Source: Candidatus Limivicinus sp. | GTDB lineage: Bacteria > Bacillota > Clostridia > Oscillospirales > Oscillospiraceae | Assembly: GCA_045592365.1 (NCBI GenBank) | Contig: JAZNUQ010000073.1 | Span: 18,912-82,911 of the forward strand | Direction of reading: 5' to 3' | Length of the DNA stretch: 64,000 nucleotides | Notes under the pieces: generated by a model | What the model saw: only the letters and a program-made list of their open reading frames with translations | The model's database searches: none | Told to the model about the DNA's origin: nothing | Program-made: the position numbers and the translations under genes | Shown: piece after piece, positions 43,364 to 51,716 of the stretch | How positions within the stretch are numbered: position 1 is the first letter of the stretch | Layout: the number at the start of each line of letters is the position of its first letter

Positions 43364-45373
43364 ATGAAAGCAAGCATAAAGCGCCCCCTTGCCCTGCTGC
43401 TGGCTCTGGTTCTGGCGGTAATGGGCTGCATGATGATAGCCCACGGAATACAGACCGACCACGGCAGCATAGAGGTATCTCAGGGCATACTTGAAACCGA
43501 GCTTGGTGAGCTTACATACAAGCTCTATGTGCCGGACAATGCCACGGCGGCAAGCCCCGCCCCCGGTGTTCTGCTGCTGCACGGCTACCAGAACGACAGT
43601 GAAACCTGTGCCGCCTACTCCATTGAGCTGGCAAAGCGGGGTGTGGTGGTACTGTCTCTGGACGAGTACGGTCACGGCCGCACCAGCGTTGGACTTCTCA
43701 GCCGCGGCTATGTCAATCAGCGGGTAAAGGTCAACTTCGGTGAGGACAGCGTGGAGGACGGTACCTTTGTTGAGGTTGGCAGCACCAAGCGCTACCGGCT
43801 GCTTATGAATTTCTCAAACCTCAGCTTCTTTGATGAACGCTACACTGTGGACAGTGCAGGCAACACCATAGCCGACAGCTCCTGCGGCGGCATTGCTGCC
43901 TATGCGCTGCTTGCGGGTATGGAGAATGTGGACGCAAGCCGCCTTGGTGTCAGCGGGCACTCCATGGGTACATGGTCGGGCTGGTCGGTAGCGGCGGCCT
44001 ATTCCGGCGCCACCGATGAGGCCGGCAATGATATAAGCCCCAAGGCCACCGTTTTGCAGTGCGGTGAGCTTTTCAGGGAAAGCGCCTACGATGCGGAGAA
44101 TATCCGCTTCAACAATGTGCTGCTTTTGCAGGCACTGTACGATGAATTCAGCTATTTCAGGGACTATAAGCCCTTCCTTACCGACGACGTGCTTCACAGC
44201 GAGCTGAGAGCGGAGTTTCTGGGCTGTGAGCCTTCAGAGGCCGCATGGAACAGCAGCTTCGGCAGCTTTGAAGACGGCAGCGCCCGCCGCATGGAGCTTT
44301 TGAAGACCAACCACCGTCTGACCACCCATGACAAAAACGGCATGGCTGCAGCTCTGGAGTGGTTTGACAATGCCCTTGGCTTTGAAAAGAGCCTTGCATA
44401 CACCGACCAGAGCTATATGACCAAGGAGCTTCTGGTATTTGCAGCAATGCTCCTTGCAATCGGGGCAATGCTGCCTCTGATGGAGCTGCTGCTGAATACG
44501 GAGGCCTTTGCCCCGGTAGCTCAGCCTCTGCCCGCCGCCGAAGGGATACTGCCCAAAAAGCGCTGGTGGAAGAATGCGGTCATAACCATGCTTATCGCCG
44601 CTGTCACCTATCCCTTTATGACCCAGCTCGGTCATGCGCTGTTCCCCTTCCCGGAAAGTGTATTTCGCATGACCATAGGCGACGGCTTTTTGTGCTGGTA
44701 TCTGCTGCTTATCGCAATAATGCTCATCACCACCGCAAGCTCTGTCCGCAAGGCTAAGAAGCAGGGCAGGACGCCCGACTGGCACGGTCTGGGTCTTGCC
44801 GGTGCAGAGGGCAAGGGCATAGACTGGTCACTGTGCGGCAGGGGCGCGCTGCTGTCGCTGTGCATGCTGGCGCTTATGTATGTGCTGGTGTGGCTGTGCG
44901 AAAAGCTGTTCATGCTGGACTTCCGCTTTATATGGCCCTTCTTCAAGAGCTTTACACCGGAACGCTTTATACAGTTTGTAGTCTATCTGCCCTTCTTTGC
45001 ACTGTTCTTCGTGCTCAACAACAGCAAGATATTTGCCGGTATGCGCAGTGAGGCCACCTACCGCAAGGGCGCGGCGGGCTTCTTCTCCTGCTGGTGGCGC
45101 AGCGCCATGCTTATGGTGGGCGGCATACTCCTTATAGTACTTATTGAGTATATCCCCTTCTTTGCCGGCATAGGCCCCGGAGCAGACCTGCTCTTTGGCT
45201 CCACCTTCGGCGGTCCCTTTATGAGCATACTCATAGTGTTCGTGCCTCAGGTGCTGGTGTTCAGCCTCCTTTGCACCTACATCTACCGGCGCACCGGCAA
45301 TGTTTATACCGGGGCAATAACGGTTGCATCCATGGCAGCCTGGGTCATCACCGGCGGCTCGGCAATACTGTAA
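43364..45373 (+). CDS. alpha/beta hydrolase fused to a C-terminal polytopic membrane domain
   Basis: N-terminal TM/signal anchor, nucleophile elbow GHSMG (G-x-S-x-G), then about 300 aa with 7-8 hydrophobic helices. Start set at ATG 43364 (MKASIKRP). Confidence 0.7.
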   Translation: MKASIKRPLALLLALVLAVMGCMMIAHGIQTDHGSIEVSQGILETELGELTYKLYVPDNATAASPAPGVLLLHGYQNDSETCAAYSIELAKRGVVVLSLDEYGHGRTSVGLLSRGYVNQRVKVNFGEDSVEDGTFVEVGSTKRYRLLMNFSNLSFFDERYTVDSAGNTIADSSCGGIAAYALLAGMENVDASRLGVSGHSMGTWSGWSVAAAYSGATDEAGNDISPKATVLQCGELFRESAYDAENIRFNNVLLLQALYDEFSYFRDYKPFLTDDVLHSELRAEFLGCEPSEAAWNSSFGSFEDGSARRMELLKTNHRLTTHDKNGMAAALEWFDNALGFEKSLAYTDQSYMTKELLVFAAMLLAIGAMLPLMELLLNTEAFAPVAQPLPAAEGILPKKRWWKNAVITMLIAAVTYPFMTQLGHALFPFPESVFRMTIGDGFLCWYLLLIAIMLITTASSVRKAKKQGRTPDWHGLGLAGAEGKGIDWSLCGRGALLSLCMLALMYVLVWLCEKLFMLDFRFIWPFFKSFTPERFIQFVVYLPFFALFFVLNNSKIFAGMRSEATYRKGAAGFFSCWWRSAMLMVGGILLIVLIEYIPFFAGIGPGADLLFGSTFGGPFMSILIVFVPQVLVFSLLCTYIYRRTGNVYTGAITVASMAAWVITGGSAIL

Positions 45374-45394
45374 GGGTAGCCTGATGTAATCACA

Positions 45395-45432
45395 AATAAA
45401 AGAGACAGCCTGTCGGCTGTCTCTTTTATTTG
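45395..45432. terminator. bidirectional terminator
   Basis: AAAAGAGACAGCC-tgtc-GGCTGTCTCTTTT between convergent genes. Near-identical to the hairpin at 49143-49172. Confidence 0.8.
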
Positions 45433-45444
45433 TTATAAGAACAT

Positions 45445-46647
45445 TCAAATCGTGCTACCCGGAACCTCGATCACCACATCGGACACGGGGAAGGAGGAGC
45501 AGGGGTGGATGTAGTTAAAGTCCAGATCGGCGGCGCGTCGTCCGTCGGTCTTTTCGGGGATAAATACCTTGCCGGAAAGGAGCTTTGAGCGGCACCATCC
45601 GCATTCACCGCTGCGGCAGCGGGAGGGAGCGGCAATACCTGCACGCTCCAGCGCAACCAGCAGAGGCTCGTCGGCAGAGGCCTCCACCTCATACTCGTTT
45701 GCGTACTGCACAACCTTCAGCTTAAAGCTCTTGCCGCGCATATCCTGAGGATAGCCGGGCTGGTTCCAGGGATCCTTGATCGCGCCGAACATCTCACGGC
45801 GGACGAATTTACGCCGCAGGCCCAGCTTTGCAATCTCCCCGTCAAGGAAGTTGTACATGGCCTGAGGGCCGCACATGAATATGCTGTACTCACCGTCTCC
45901 TGCGTACTTCTTAATAAGCTCGGCGGTAATGAAGCCGTGCTCGTAGCCTGCCTTTTCCTCGTCGGAGAGCACATGGACAACATGCACCTTTTCACAGGCG
46001 GCACATACCTCGTCCAGCTCCTTTTTGTAAACAATGCCGTCCTCGGTGCGTGAGCCGAAGATAATAGTCAAATCGAAGTCCTCATGCCCGTCCCTTATGG
46101 CGTAGGCCATGCCCATAAAGGGGGTAATGCCGCTGCCGCCGGCAAGGGCGATGACCTTTTTGGCATCACGCAGAGGCTCATAGTACAGGTGACCCTGAGG
46201 GCCGGAGATGGTGACTGCCTGACCCTCCTGCCAGTTGTCCTGAATGTAGGGAGACACATAGCCTGCATCGTCACGCTTGACGGTGATATGGTACTCGCCC
46301 TGCTTTGCCAACTCCGGTGAGGAGCAAAGGGAGTAGGAACGGGTGGTAACAGTGTCGCCAATGGGTACGGACACGGACACATACTGGCCTGCTCTGAACA
46401 GCGCAAGGCGGCTGCCGTCGGGGGTTTTAAGCACGATGGTTTTTGCATCCGGGCCGTTCTGCCGGATTTCGGAAATGACTACCTCCTGCTTTACCGGGTG
46501 GTGCTGCTTTGCCTTTTCGTTGGTGGTGAGAACCTTGGGCAGAGGAGCGGCAGAGCTTGCCTGAATGTGCTTTTCTCTGACCTTGGTAATATTCTTGAAC
46601 TTCAGCATATCCAGCTTGCCGATAAGTCCTACCTTAACATATGCCAT
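45445..46647 (-). CDS. ferredoxin-NAD(P) reductase-type flavoprotein with C-terminal 2Fe-2S ferredoxin domain
   Basis: FAD motif RSYSL, NAD motif LAGGSGITP, and the C-terminal cluster motif CRSGECGWCRSKLLSGKV. Confidence 0.8.
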   Translation of the reverse strand: MAYVKVGLIGKLDMLKFKNITKVREKHIQASSAAPLPKVLTTNEKAKQHHPVKQEVVISEIRQNGPDAKTIVLKTPDGSRLALFRAGQYVSVSVPIGDTVTTRSYSLCSSPELAKQGEYHITVKRDDAGYVSPYIQDNWQEGQAVTISGPQGHLYYEPLRDAKKVIALAGGSGITPFMGMAYAIRDGHEDFDLTIIFGSRTEDGIVYKKELDEVCAACEKVHVVHVLSDEEKAGYEHGFITAELIKKYAGDGEYSIFMCGPQAMYNFLDGEIAKLGLRRKFVRREMFGAIKDPWNQPGYPQDMRGKSFKLKVVQYANEYEVEASADEPLLVALERAGIAAPSRCRSGECGWCRSKLLSGKVFIPEKTDGRRAADLDFNYIHPCSSFPVSDVVIEVPGSTI

Positions 46648-46650
46648 GAA

Positions 46651-48195
46651 TTATGCCTCCTTCTCTTCTCTGGCCATGTCGCCCACGGTGAGTCTGGCCA
46701 TGGTGTTGCCGCTGAATATGGCGGAGTTGTAGCCGTCGCCGCGGATGCTGTGTGCACCCACAAAGCGCAGACCCTTCACCTCATACTCGCTGCCCATCAT
46801 CCTCATACGGGCCATCATGGAATCCCAGCCGTCCAGCTCATAGCCGTAGGCTGCGCCCTGGGGGACATTGACAAAGTTGCACATGGTCCAGGGGGTGGCA
46901 ACCTCTATCTCCTCGATGTAGGGGGTGATCTCCACGCCCAGCTTCTGCTCGAAGCGCTCAATCATGCGCTTTGCAAGGCGGTTCTTCGTCTCAACATAGT
47001 CGTCCTCCTCCACATTGGCCCAGTCATCGTCCATGTAGGTGGTGGTAAGGCTGATAACGCAGGTACCCTCGGGGGAGAAGTTGGGATTTACGGTGTTGTA
47101 GCAGACGGGGACCATGTTCAGGTTAGTCTCCATCTTCTTGCCGCTCTCGTATTCCTTGACGGAGTCGGCGCTTTCGGGCATGAATATGGAGTAATCCTTA
47201 AGCCCCAGTTCCTCTGCGCTCTTGTCAAGACCCAGATATACAACGAACATACGGGCGGAATACTTGCGGGCGTTGGCCAGCTTTATCATGCGCTGGGGGA
47301 TGACCTCCTGAGGCACCATGTTGGCGTAGACCATGGAGGGATTGGCGTTACAGATAATGTGGCGCGTTTCGATTTCGCCCCGGTCGGTAACAAGGCCGCA
47401 AACCGCCTTGTCCTCACCGAAGAGTATCTTCTCTGCGGTGCAGTTAAACCATGCGGTGCCGCCCATTTCACGGAAGCGCTCCAGCATGCCGGTGGTAAGC
47501 TCGTGGCTGGTTTTGTCGGGTATCCATGCGCCATAGCGCACATAAAGGTTAACCATGTTGGAGTACTGGAGATAGGACAGGCGGTCTGCGTCCACGGCAA
47601 GATAACCCCAGTAGGTGTTCATAATGTCCTGCGCCAGAGGGGGCATTTTAAGGGCGTTAAAGACCTTGTTGACGGGATAGCTGCCCACGCGCAGGAAGTT
47701 GGGGAAATGCTCCATCATGTAATCGGGATCGGTGTTGCCGTTAACGGCCAGAGAGTAGTTGCCGGCATCCAGCAGCTCCTGACCTATCTCGAAGAAGTCC
47801 TCAATGGACTTGCGGCAACCGGGAACATACTTTTCCATAGCGTCGGTGAAAGCCTCCACGCCGCAGGGCAGAGTTGCGTCAATGGGGGTCTTGCCATCGC
47901 TGGCGGTGGTGATAACGCGGAAGTTTTCCGGCACGATGTGGCCTTTCAGCTTCACGCCGTAATCGTCCACAACAAACTTGCGGCAGTTGGCAGGGTTTTC
48001 CTCTGTGCCCCACTCACACAGCTCATGCAGAGCGGTCTCAAACTCGAAGCGGCCTCTTCTGAAGCTGGAGGCGCAGCCACCGGGGACATTGTGCTTTTCG
48101 ATAAGCAGGGTCTTTTTGCCCTCAAGGGCCATTTTGCATGCCGCGGCCAGACCGCCGTTGCCGGCGCCGATGACCACGCAATCAAACTTTGGCAT
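46651..48195 (-). CDS. NAD(P)/FAD-dependent oxidoreductase, phytoene desaturase (CrtI)-like family
   Basis: N-terminal dinucleotide fold DCVVIGAGNGGLAAACKMALEGKKTLLIEKHNVPGG. About 514 aa, as in CrtI-like enzymes. Confidence 0.8.
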   Translation of the reverse strand: MPKFDCVVIGAGNGGLAAACKMALEGKKTLLIEKHNVPGGCASSFRRGRFEFETALHELCEWGTEENPANCRKFVVDDYGVKLKGHIVPENFRVITTASDGKTPIDATLPCGVEAFTDAMEKYVPGCRKSIEDFFEIGQELLDAGNYSLAVNGNTDPDYMMEHFPNFLRVGSYPVNKVFNALKMPPLAQDIMNTYWGYLAVDADRLSYLQYSNMVNLYVRYGAWIPDKTSHELTTGMLERFREMGGTAWFNCTAEKILFGEDKAVCGLVTDRGEIETRHIICNANPSMVYANMVPQEVIPQRMIKLANARKYSARMFVVYLGLDKSAEELGLKDYSIFMPESADSVKEYESGKKMETNLNMVPVCYNTVNPNFSPEGTCVISLTTTYMDDDWANVEEDDYVETKNRLAKRMIERFEQKLGVEITPYIEEIEVATPWTMCNFVNVPQGAAYGYELDGWDSMMARMRMMGSEYEVKGLRFVGAHSIRGDGYNSAIFSGNTMARLTVGDMAREEKEA

Positions 48196-48220
48196 ATAAA
48201 TTCCTCCTTGTAGTCTTTAT

Positions 48221-48231
48221 TGGTAATACCA
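48221..48231. promoter_or_regulatory. FadR/GntR-type operator TGGTAATACCA
   Basis: Perfect palindrome 26 nt upstream of the CrtI-like start codon. Matches the t.GT-N-AC.a GntR-family operator pattern. Confidence 0.65.
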
Positions 48232-48319
48232 CACAAAAATCGCTGAAACAAGTATATTGCAAAATCTTTAACAGCTCAAGCAGCTTTGCAAATTTCGTAG
48301 GAAAAGCCAATTATCCTCC

Positions 48320-48376
48320 TTTACATTTGTATATTTACGCAGTATAATCTATACCGTATTAATCTGGTATTACCAG
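48320..48376 (+). promoter_or_regulatory. promoter of the FadR-type regulator gene with downstream operator CTGGTATTACCAG
   Basis: TTTACA (48320-48325), 17 nt spacer, TATAAT (48343-48348), then the 13-bp perfect palindrome at 48364-48376. Confidence 0.7.
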
Positions 48377-48392
48377 CTACACGGAGCATATT

Positions 48393-49097
48393 ATGGGATT
48401 TACTAAAATTACCGCCCTGTCCTATACGGACCTGTTTGTTCAGCAGATAGAGAACATGATACTTTCCGGAGAGCTTGCCGTAGGTGAGCAGCTTCCTCCG
48501 GCAAGGGAGCTGTCTGTAAAAATGGGCGTCAGCCGCCCGGTTATAAGTGCGGGGCTTGTGGAGCTTGAGAAGCTGGGCTTTGTGGAAATAGTACCCCGTC
48601 AGGGGGTCTATGTCAGCGACTACCGGCGCAAGGGCACGGTGGAAACGCTGGTCGCCATCATGCGCTACAACAGCGGCACCATGCGAAAAAGTGAGGTGCG
48701 CTCACTTTTGCAGGTTCGTGAGCAGCTTGAATGTCTATGCGCCCGTCTGGTCATTGAAGGTGCCTCCGACGAGGAGCTGGAGGCGCTGGGCAGCATTCTG
48801 GATGAAATCAAGGCCGCAGACGATGTGGATGCGGCAACGGACGCGGTATTTCGTTTTTACCATGAGCTGGCCATACTCTCGGGCAATGTGCTTTTGCCCC
48901 TTATGTATTACAGCTTCCGCTCTCCGGGCATATATCTATGGACCCTTTACTGCAAGCGAAACGGCATTCAGGCCATGTACCAGCTTAAGCTGGGCTTTTA
49001 CAGGGCGCTTCTCAACCGCAACACGGAGGAGGCGCTGGAGCGCATACACTTTATCATGCAGAACGCTCTGGACAATCTCAGCATCTACGGCGCCTGA
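48393..49097 (+). CDS. GntR family transcriptional regulator, FadR (FCD domain) subfamily
   Basis: N-terminal GntR HTH (GEQLPPARELSVKMGVSRPVISAGLVELEKLGFV) plus a helical C-terminal FCD-like domain. Confidence 0.85.
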   Translation: MGFTKITALSYTDLFVQQIENMILSGELAVGEQLPPARELSVKMGVSRPVISAGLVELEKLGFVEIVPRQGVYVSDYRRKGTVETLVAIMRYNSGTMRKSEVRSLLQVREQLECLCARLVIEGASDEELEALGSILDEIKAADDVDAATDAVFRFYHELAILSGNVLLPLMYYSFRSPGIYLWTLYCKRNGIQAMYQLKLGFYRALLNRNTEEALERIHFIMQNALDNLSIYGA

Positions 49098-49100
49098 GAA

Positions 49101-49125
49101 GGGCAGGCACCCGCCCTGCCTTTTC
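49101..49125 (+). terminator. weak intrinsic terminator
   Basis: GGGCAGG-n7-CCTGCCT followed by TTT. Confidence 0.5.
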
Positions 49126-49142
49126 AGTATTCACTATTACCT

Positions 49143-49172
49143 AAAAAAAGAGACAGCCTACCGGCTGTCTCT
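49143..49172 (-). terminator. intrinsic terminator (minus strand)
   Basis: AGAGACAGCC-tacc-GGCTGTCTCT preceded on the plus strand by AAAAAAA, which is the U-run on the minus strand. Confidence 0.75.
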
Positions 49173-49184
49173 TTCAATATGTAC

Positions 49185-49568
49185 TTACTTTTTCTCTGCC
49201 TTTGCCTTTGCAAGCAGCTCAAAGTTGTAGCGTATCTTTTTCTGCTCACCGGCCCAGAAAATCTTGCGGGTGAAGGGCAGATTATTGAGGAAGGGCCACA
49301 GCAGATGTACGACAAAGGGATATATCTCCTTTTTGCCCTTTGCCATACCCTTTACCATGCAGTCGGCAATGTACTCAGGCTTCTGGATGGGGAAGGGTCT
49401 CTTAATGTCCACACCGCCCTTGGCACGCTCCTCATAATAGTCCATCATCATTTCCGTAGCCTCGCCGTTTACCTGCCCAAGGCTTATCTCGGCGGCGGTC
49501 ATGACGGTTCTGTTTCTTATATTCATTGTGCCTATGCTCATAGGCGAGCTTAAAAGTTCAAATGCCAT
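49185..49568 (-). pseudogene. chimeric remnant: about 55 N-terminal aa of an Old Yellow Enzyme-type flavin oxidoreductase joined to an unrelated C-terminal tail
   Basis: N-terminus MAFELLSSPMSIGTMNIRNRTVMTAAE...YYEERAKGGVD is the canonical OYE/enoate-reductase start, but the ORF is only 127 aa. The remainder (PEYIADCMVKGMAKGKKEIYPF...) resembles the C-terminal tail of short-chain dehydrogenases. Confidence 0.5.
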
Positions 49569-49697
49569 CTGAAAACCTCCCGAATAAATCTGTGTTAATT
49601 ATATAATTTTTAACATTCCGCAGCAATATGTCTTTGTTATTTCTTGTTTTTGCATAAAAAACGGTATTTTTAATTTACAACAAGGCTGCACAAGTGT

Positions 49698-49744
49698 TTG
49701 ACACTTCGGCATAGTTTTGTTATACTGTCCAAAGCAATTGGACA
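49698..49744 (+). promoter_or_regulatory. sigma-A promoter with overlapping TetR-type operator TGTCCAA-n5-TTGGACA
   Basis: TTGACA (49698-49703), 17 nt spacer, TATACT (49721-49726). Inverted repeat at 49726-49744. Confidence 0.7.
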
Positions 49745-49767
49745 CATGTGCAAAGGTGGTTGTCAGC

Positions 49768-50388
49768 ATGAAAAAAGCCCGTACCGAGCTTGCAAATTCA
49801 AAAAACGGGGAGGCCATTTCTCTTGCCGCCCGTGAGCTTATAAAGGAAAAGGGCTATCAGGGCGTAACGGTGCAGGATATATGCACGCGCTCCGGTGTAT
49901 CCCGTTCCTCTTTTTACAGTCTTTTCTCCGGCAAGGACGATGTGCTTATAAAAATGGTTCGTTCCCTCAAGGAGGACAGCGACAGGATACTCTCCCACTT
50001 TGTCACCGCCCGCAACGACCTTGAGCGGATATGGTGGCTGTATGATACTTATCTCAATGTGGCGCGGGATTTCAGCCCTGACATCATGGTGTCCTTTCTC
50101 TCGGTGGATGCGCAGAACGACATAGGCTTTCTTGAGCAGTTTTATCTGTACAATGACTGGTTCAAGACCCTTGTCAAAAGCTGCCAGCGTCAGGGTATTA
50201 TCCGCAACAGCAGCAGTCCCGAGGAGCTGGTGGCCGCAGCGGTTTATTCCGCCTTCGGCACGGTGCTGGAGTGGTGCAGAAAGAAGGGCAGCTTTGACCT
50301 GCGTGAGCACAGCTTCACAGCACACGAGGCCATATATGATGTTCACCCGGATTACCGGGGTATCTGGCGCAGCATGGAGGTAAACTGA
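49768..50388 (+). CDS. TetR/AcrR family transcriptional regulator
   Basis: HTH AARELIKEKGYQGVTVQDICTRSGVSRSSFYSLF. Start at ATG 49768 after AGGTGG. Confidence 0.85.
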   Translation: MKKARTELANSKNGEAISLAARELIKEKGYQGVTVQDICTRSGVSRSSFYSLFSGKDDVLIKMVRSLKEDSDRILSHFVTARNDLERIWWLYDTYLNVARDFSPDIMVSFLSVDAQNDIGFLEQFYLYNDWFKTLVKSCQRQGIIRNSSSPEELVAAAVYSAFGTVLEWCRKKGSFDLREHSFTAHEAIYDVHPDYRGIWRSMEVN

Positions 50389-50389
50389 A

Positions 50390-51214
50390 ATGGCAAGAAT
50401 AATTGAAATAGACGATTTCAACGCCCCGGAGCTGGATATTTACGCCAGACTTACGGAAAATCAGCTTGTAAACCGGCAGGAGCCAAAAAACGCCATGTTC
50501 ATAGCGGAAAGCCCCGTGGTTATAGAGCGGGCTCTGGATGCAGGCTATGAGCCGGTGAGCCTTTTGATGGAGCGCAGGCATGTGGAAAATCAGGCAAAGG
50601 CGGTTATTGAGCGCTGCGGCGATGTGCCGGTATATACCTCTACCCTTGATGTGCTTACCCAGCTTACAGGCTTTAAGCTGACAAGGGGCGTGCTGTGTGC
50701 CATGCGCCGCAGGGCGCTTCCCTCTGCGGAGGATATTTGCCGGGGCGCAAGGCGGATAACGGTGCTTGAGAATATAATGAACCCCACCAACCTTGGTGCT
50801 ATTTTCCGCTCGGCAGCGGCTCTTAATATGGATGCGGTGCTGCTGACCCCCGCCTGCTCCGACCCGCTGTACCGGCGCTCTGTCCGGGTCAGCATGGGCA
50901 CGGTGTTTCAGGTGCCATGGGCGTGGCTTGGGGATGATGTGAATGACTGGCCCCACCCGGGGCTTGAGCGGCTTAAGGCCATGGGCTTTAAAACCGCAGC
51001 CATGGCGCTGCGCGATGACAGCGTCAGCATAGACGACAAGGAGCTCATGGCGGAGGATAAGCTGGCCATAGTCCTTGGCACCGAGGGCGACGGTCTTGCC
51101 GATGAGACAATAGCCAAATGCGACTATACGGTGCGCATCCCCATGTCACACGGAGTTGATTCGCTGAATGTACCCGCCGCCAGCGCGGTAGCCTTCTGGC
51201 AGCTTGGGAAATAA
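50390..51214 (+). CDS. TrmH/SpoU family RNA 2'-O-methyltransferase
   Basis: SpoU motifs NPTNLGAIFRSAAA, IVLGTEGDGL and IPMSHGVDSLNV. Confidence 0.85.
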   Translation: MARIIEIDDFNAPELDIYARLTENQLVNRQEPKNAMFIAESPVVIERALDAGYEPVSLLMERRHVENQAKAVIERCGDVPVYTSTLDVLTQLTGFKLTRGVLCAMRRRALPSAEDICRGARRITVLENIMNPTNLGAIFRSAAALNMDAVLLTPACSDPLYRRSVRVSMGTVFQVPWAWLGDDVNDWPHPGLERLKAMGFKTAAMALRDDSVSIDDKELMAEDKLAIVLGTEGDGLADETIAKCDYTVRIPMSHGVDSLNVPAASAVAFWQLGK

Positions 51215-51215
51215 A

Positions 51216-51248
51216 TGAAAAACAGCCTCCCCTGGAGGCTGTTTTTCA
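51216..51248. terminator. bidirectional terminator
   Basis: AAAAACAGCCTCC-cct-GGAGGCTGTTTTT between convergent genes. Confidence 0.85.
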
Positions 51249-51249
51249 T

Positions 51250-51705
51250 TTATTCAAGCTCAAATATTCCTTCCACCTCAACGGAAATACCGCCGGGCAG
51301 GGCTGCAACTCCGATAGCGGAGCGGGCATGACGCCCTGCCTCACCGAAGGTCTCCGCAAAAAGCTGGGATGCACCGTTTATAACAAGGTGCTGTCTGTCA
51401 AAATCCGGCTCGCTTGCCACAAAGCCAAGGAGCTTCACCACCTGCTTTATTCTGTTCAGGTCGCCCAGATATGCGTGAAGCACCGCCAGCATGTTTATTG
51501 CGGCATATCTTGCCCCAAGCTGAGCCTGGGCAATATCATCGTCCTTTGCAAGGCTGCCCTTTATAACGCAGTCACCGGAGATGCTGCCCTGTCCGGACAC
51601 GAACAGCAGCTTCCCTGTCTGAACCACATTCTTGAACATACCGATGGGCGCAATCACCTCCGGCAGCTCCACACCCTGCTGTCTCAGTCTTTCATACACA
51701 TCCAT
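51250..51705 (-). CDS. RidA/YjgF family protein
   Basis: ORF 51250..51720. YjgF fold pattern (LLFVSGQG, ARSAIGVAALP..ISVEVE). ATG 51705 preferred, although GTG 51720 would overlap the upstream stop. Confidence 0.8.
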   Translation of the reverse strand: MDVYERLRQQGVELPEVIAPIGMFKNVVQTGKLLFVSGQGSISGDCVIKGSLAKDDDIAQAQLGARYAAINMLAVLHAYLGDLNRIKQVVKLLGFVASEPDFDRQHLVINGASQLFAETFGEAGRHARSAIGVAALPGGISVEVEGIFELE

Positions 51706-51716
51706 GGCCGGCACCC

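Noticed and set aside
46498-48213. 571-aa ORF antisense to the CrtI-like oxidoreductase
   Set aside because: The minus-strand gene has a textbook dinucleotide-binding N-terminus and a compact operon context. The plus-strand frame has no motifs, and no promoter or RBS.
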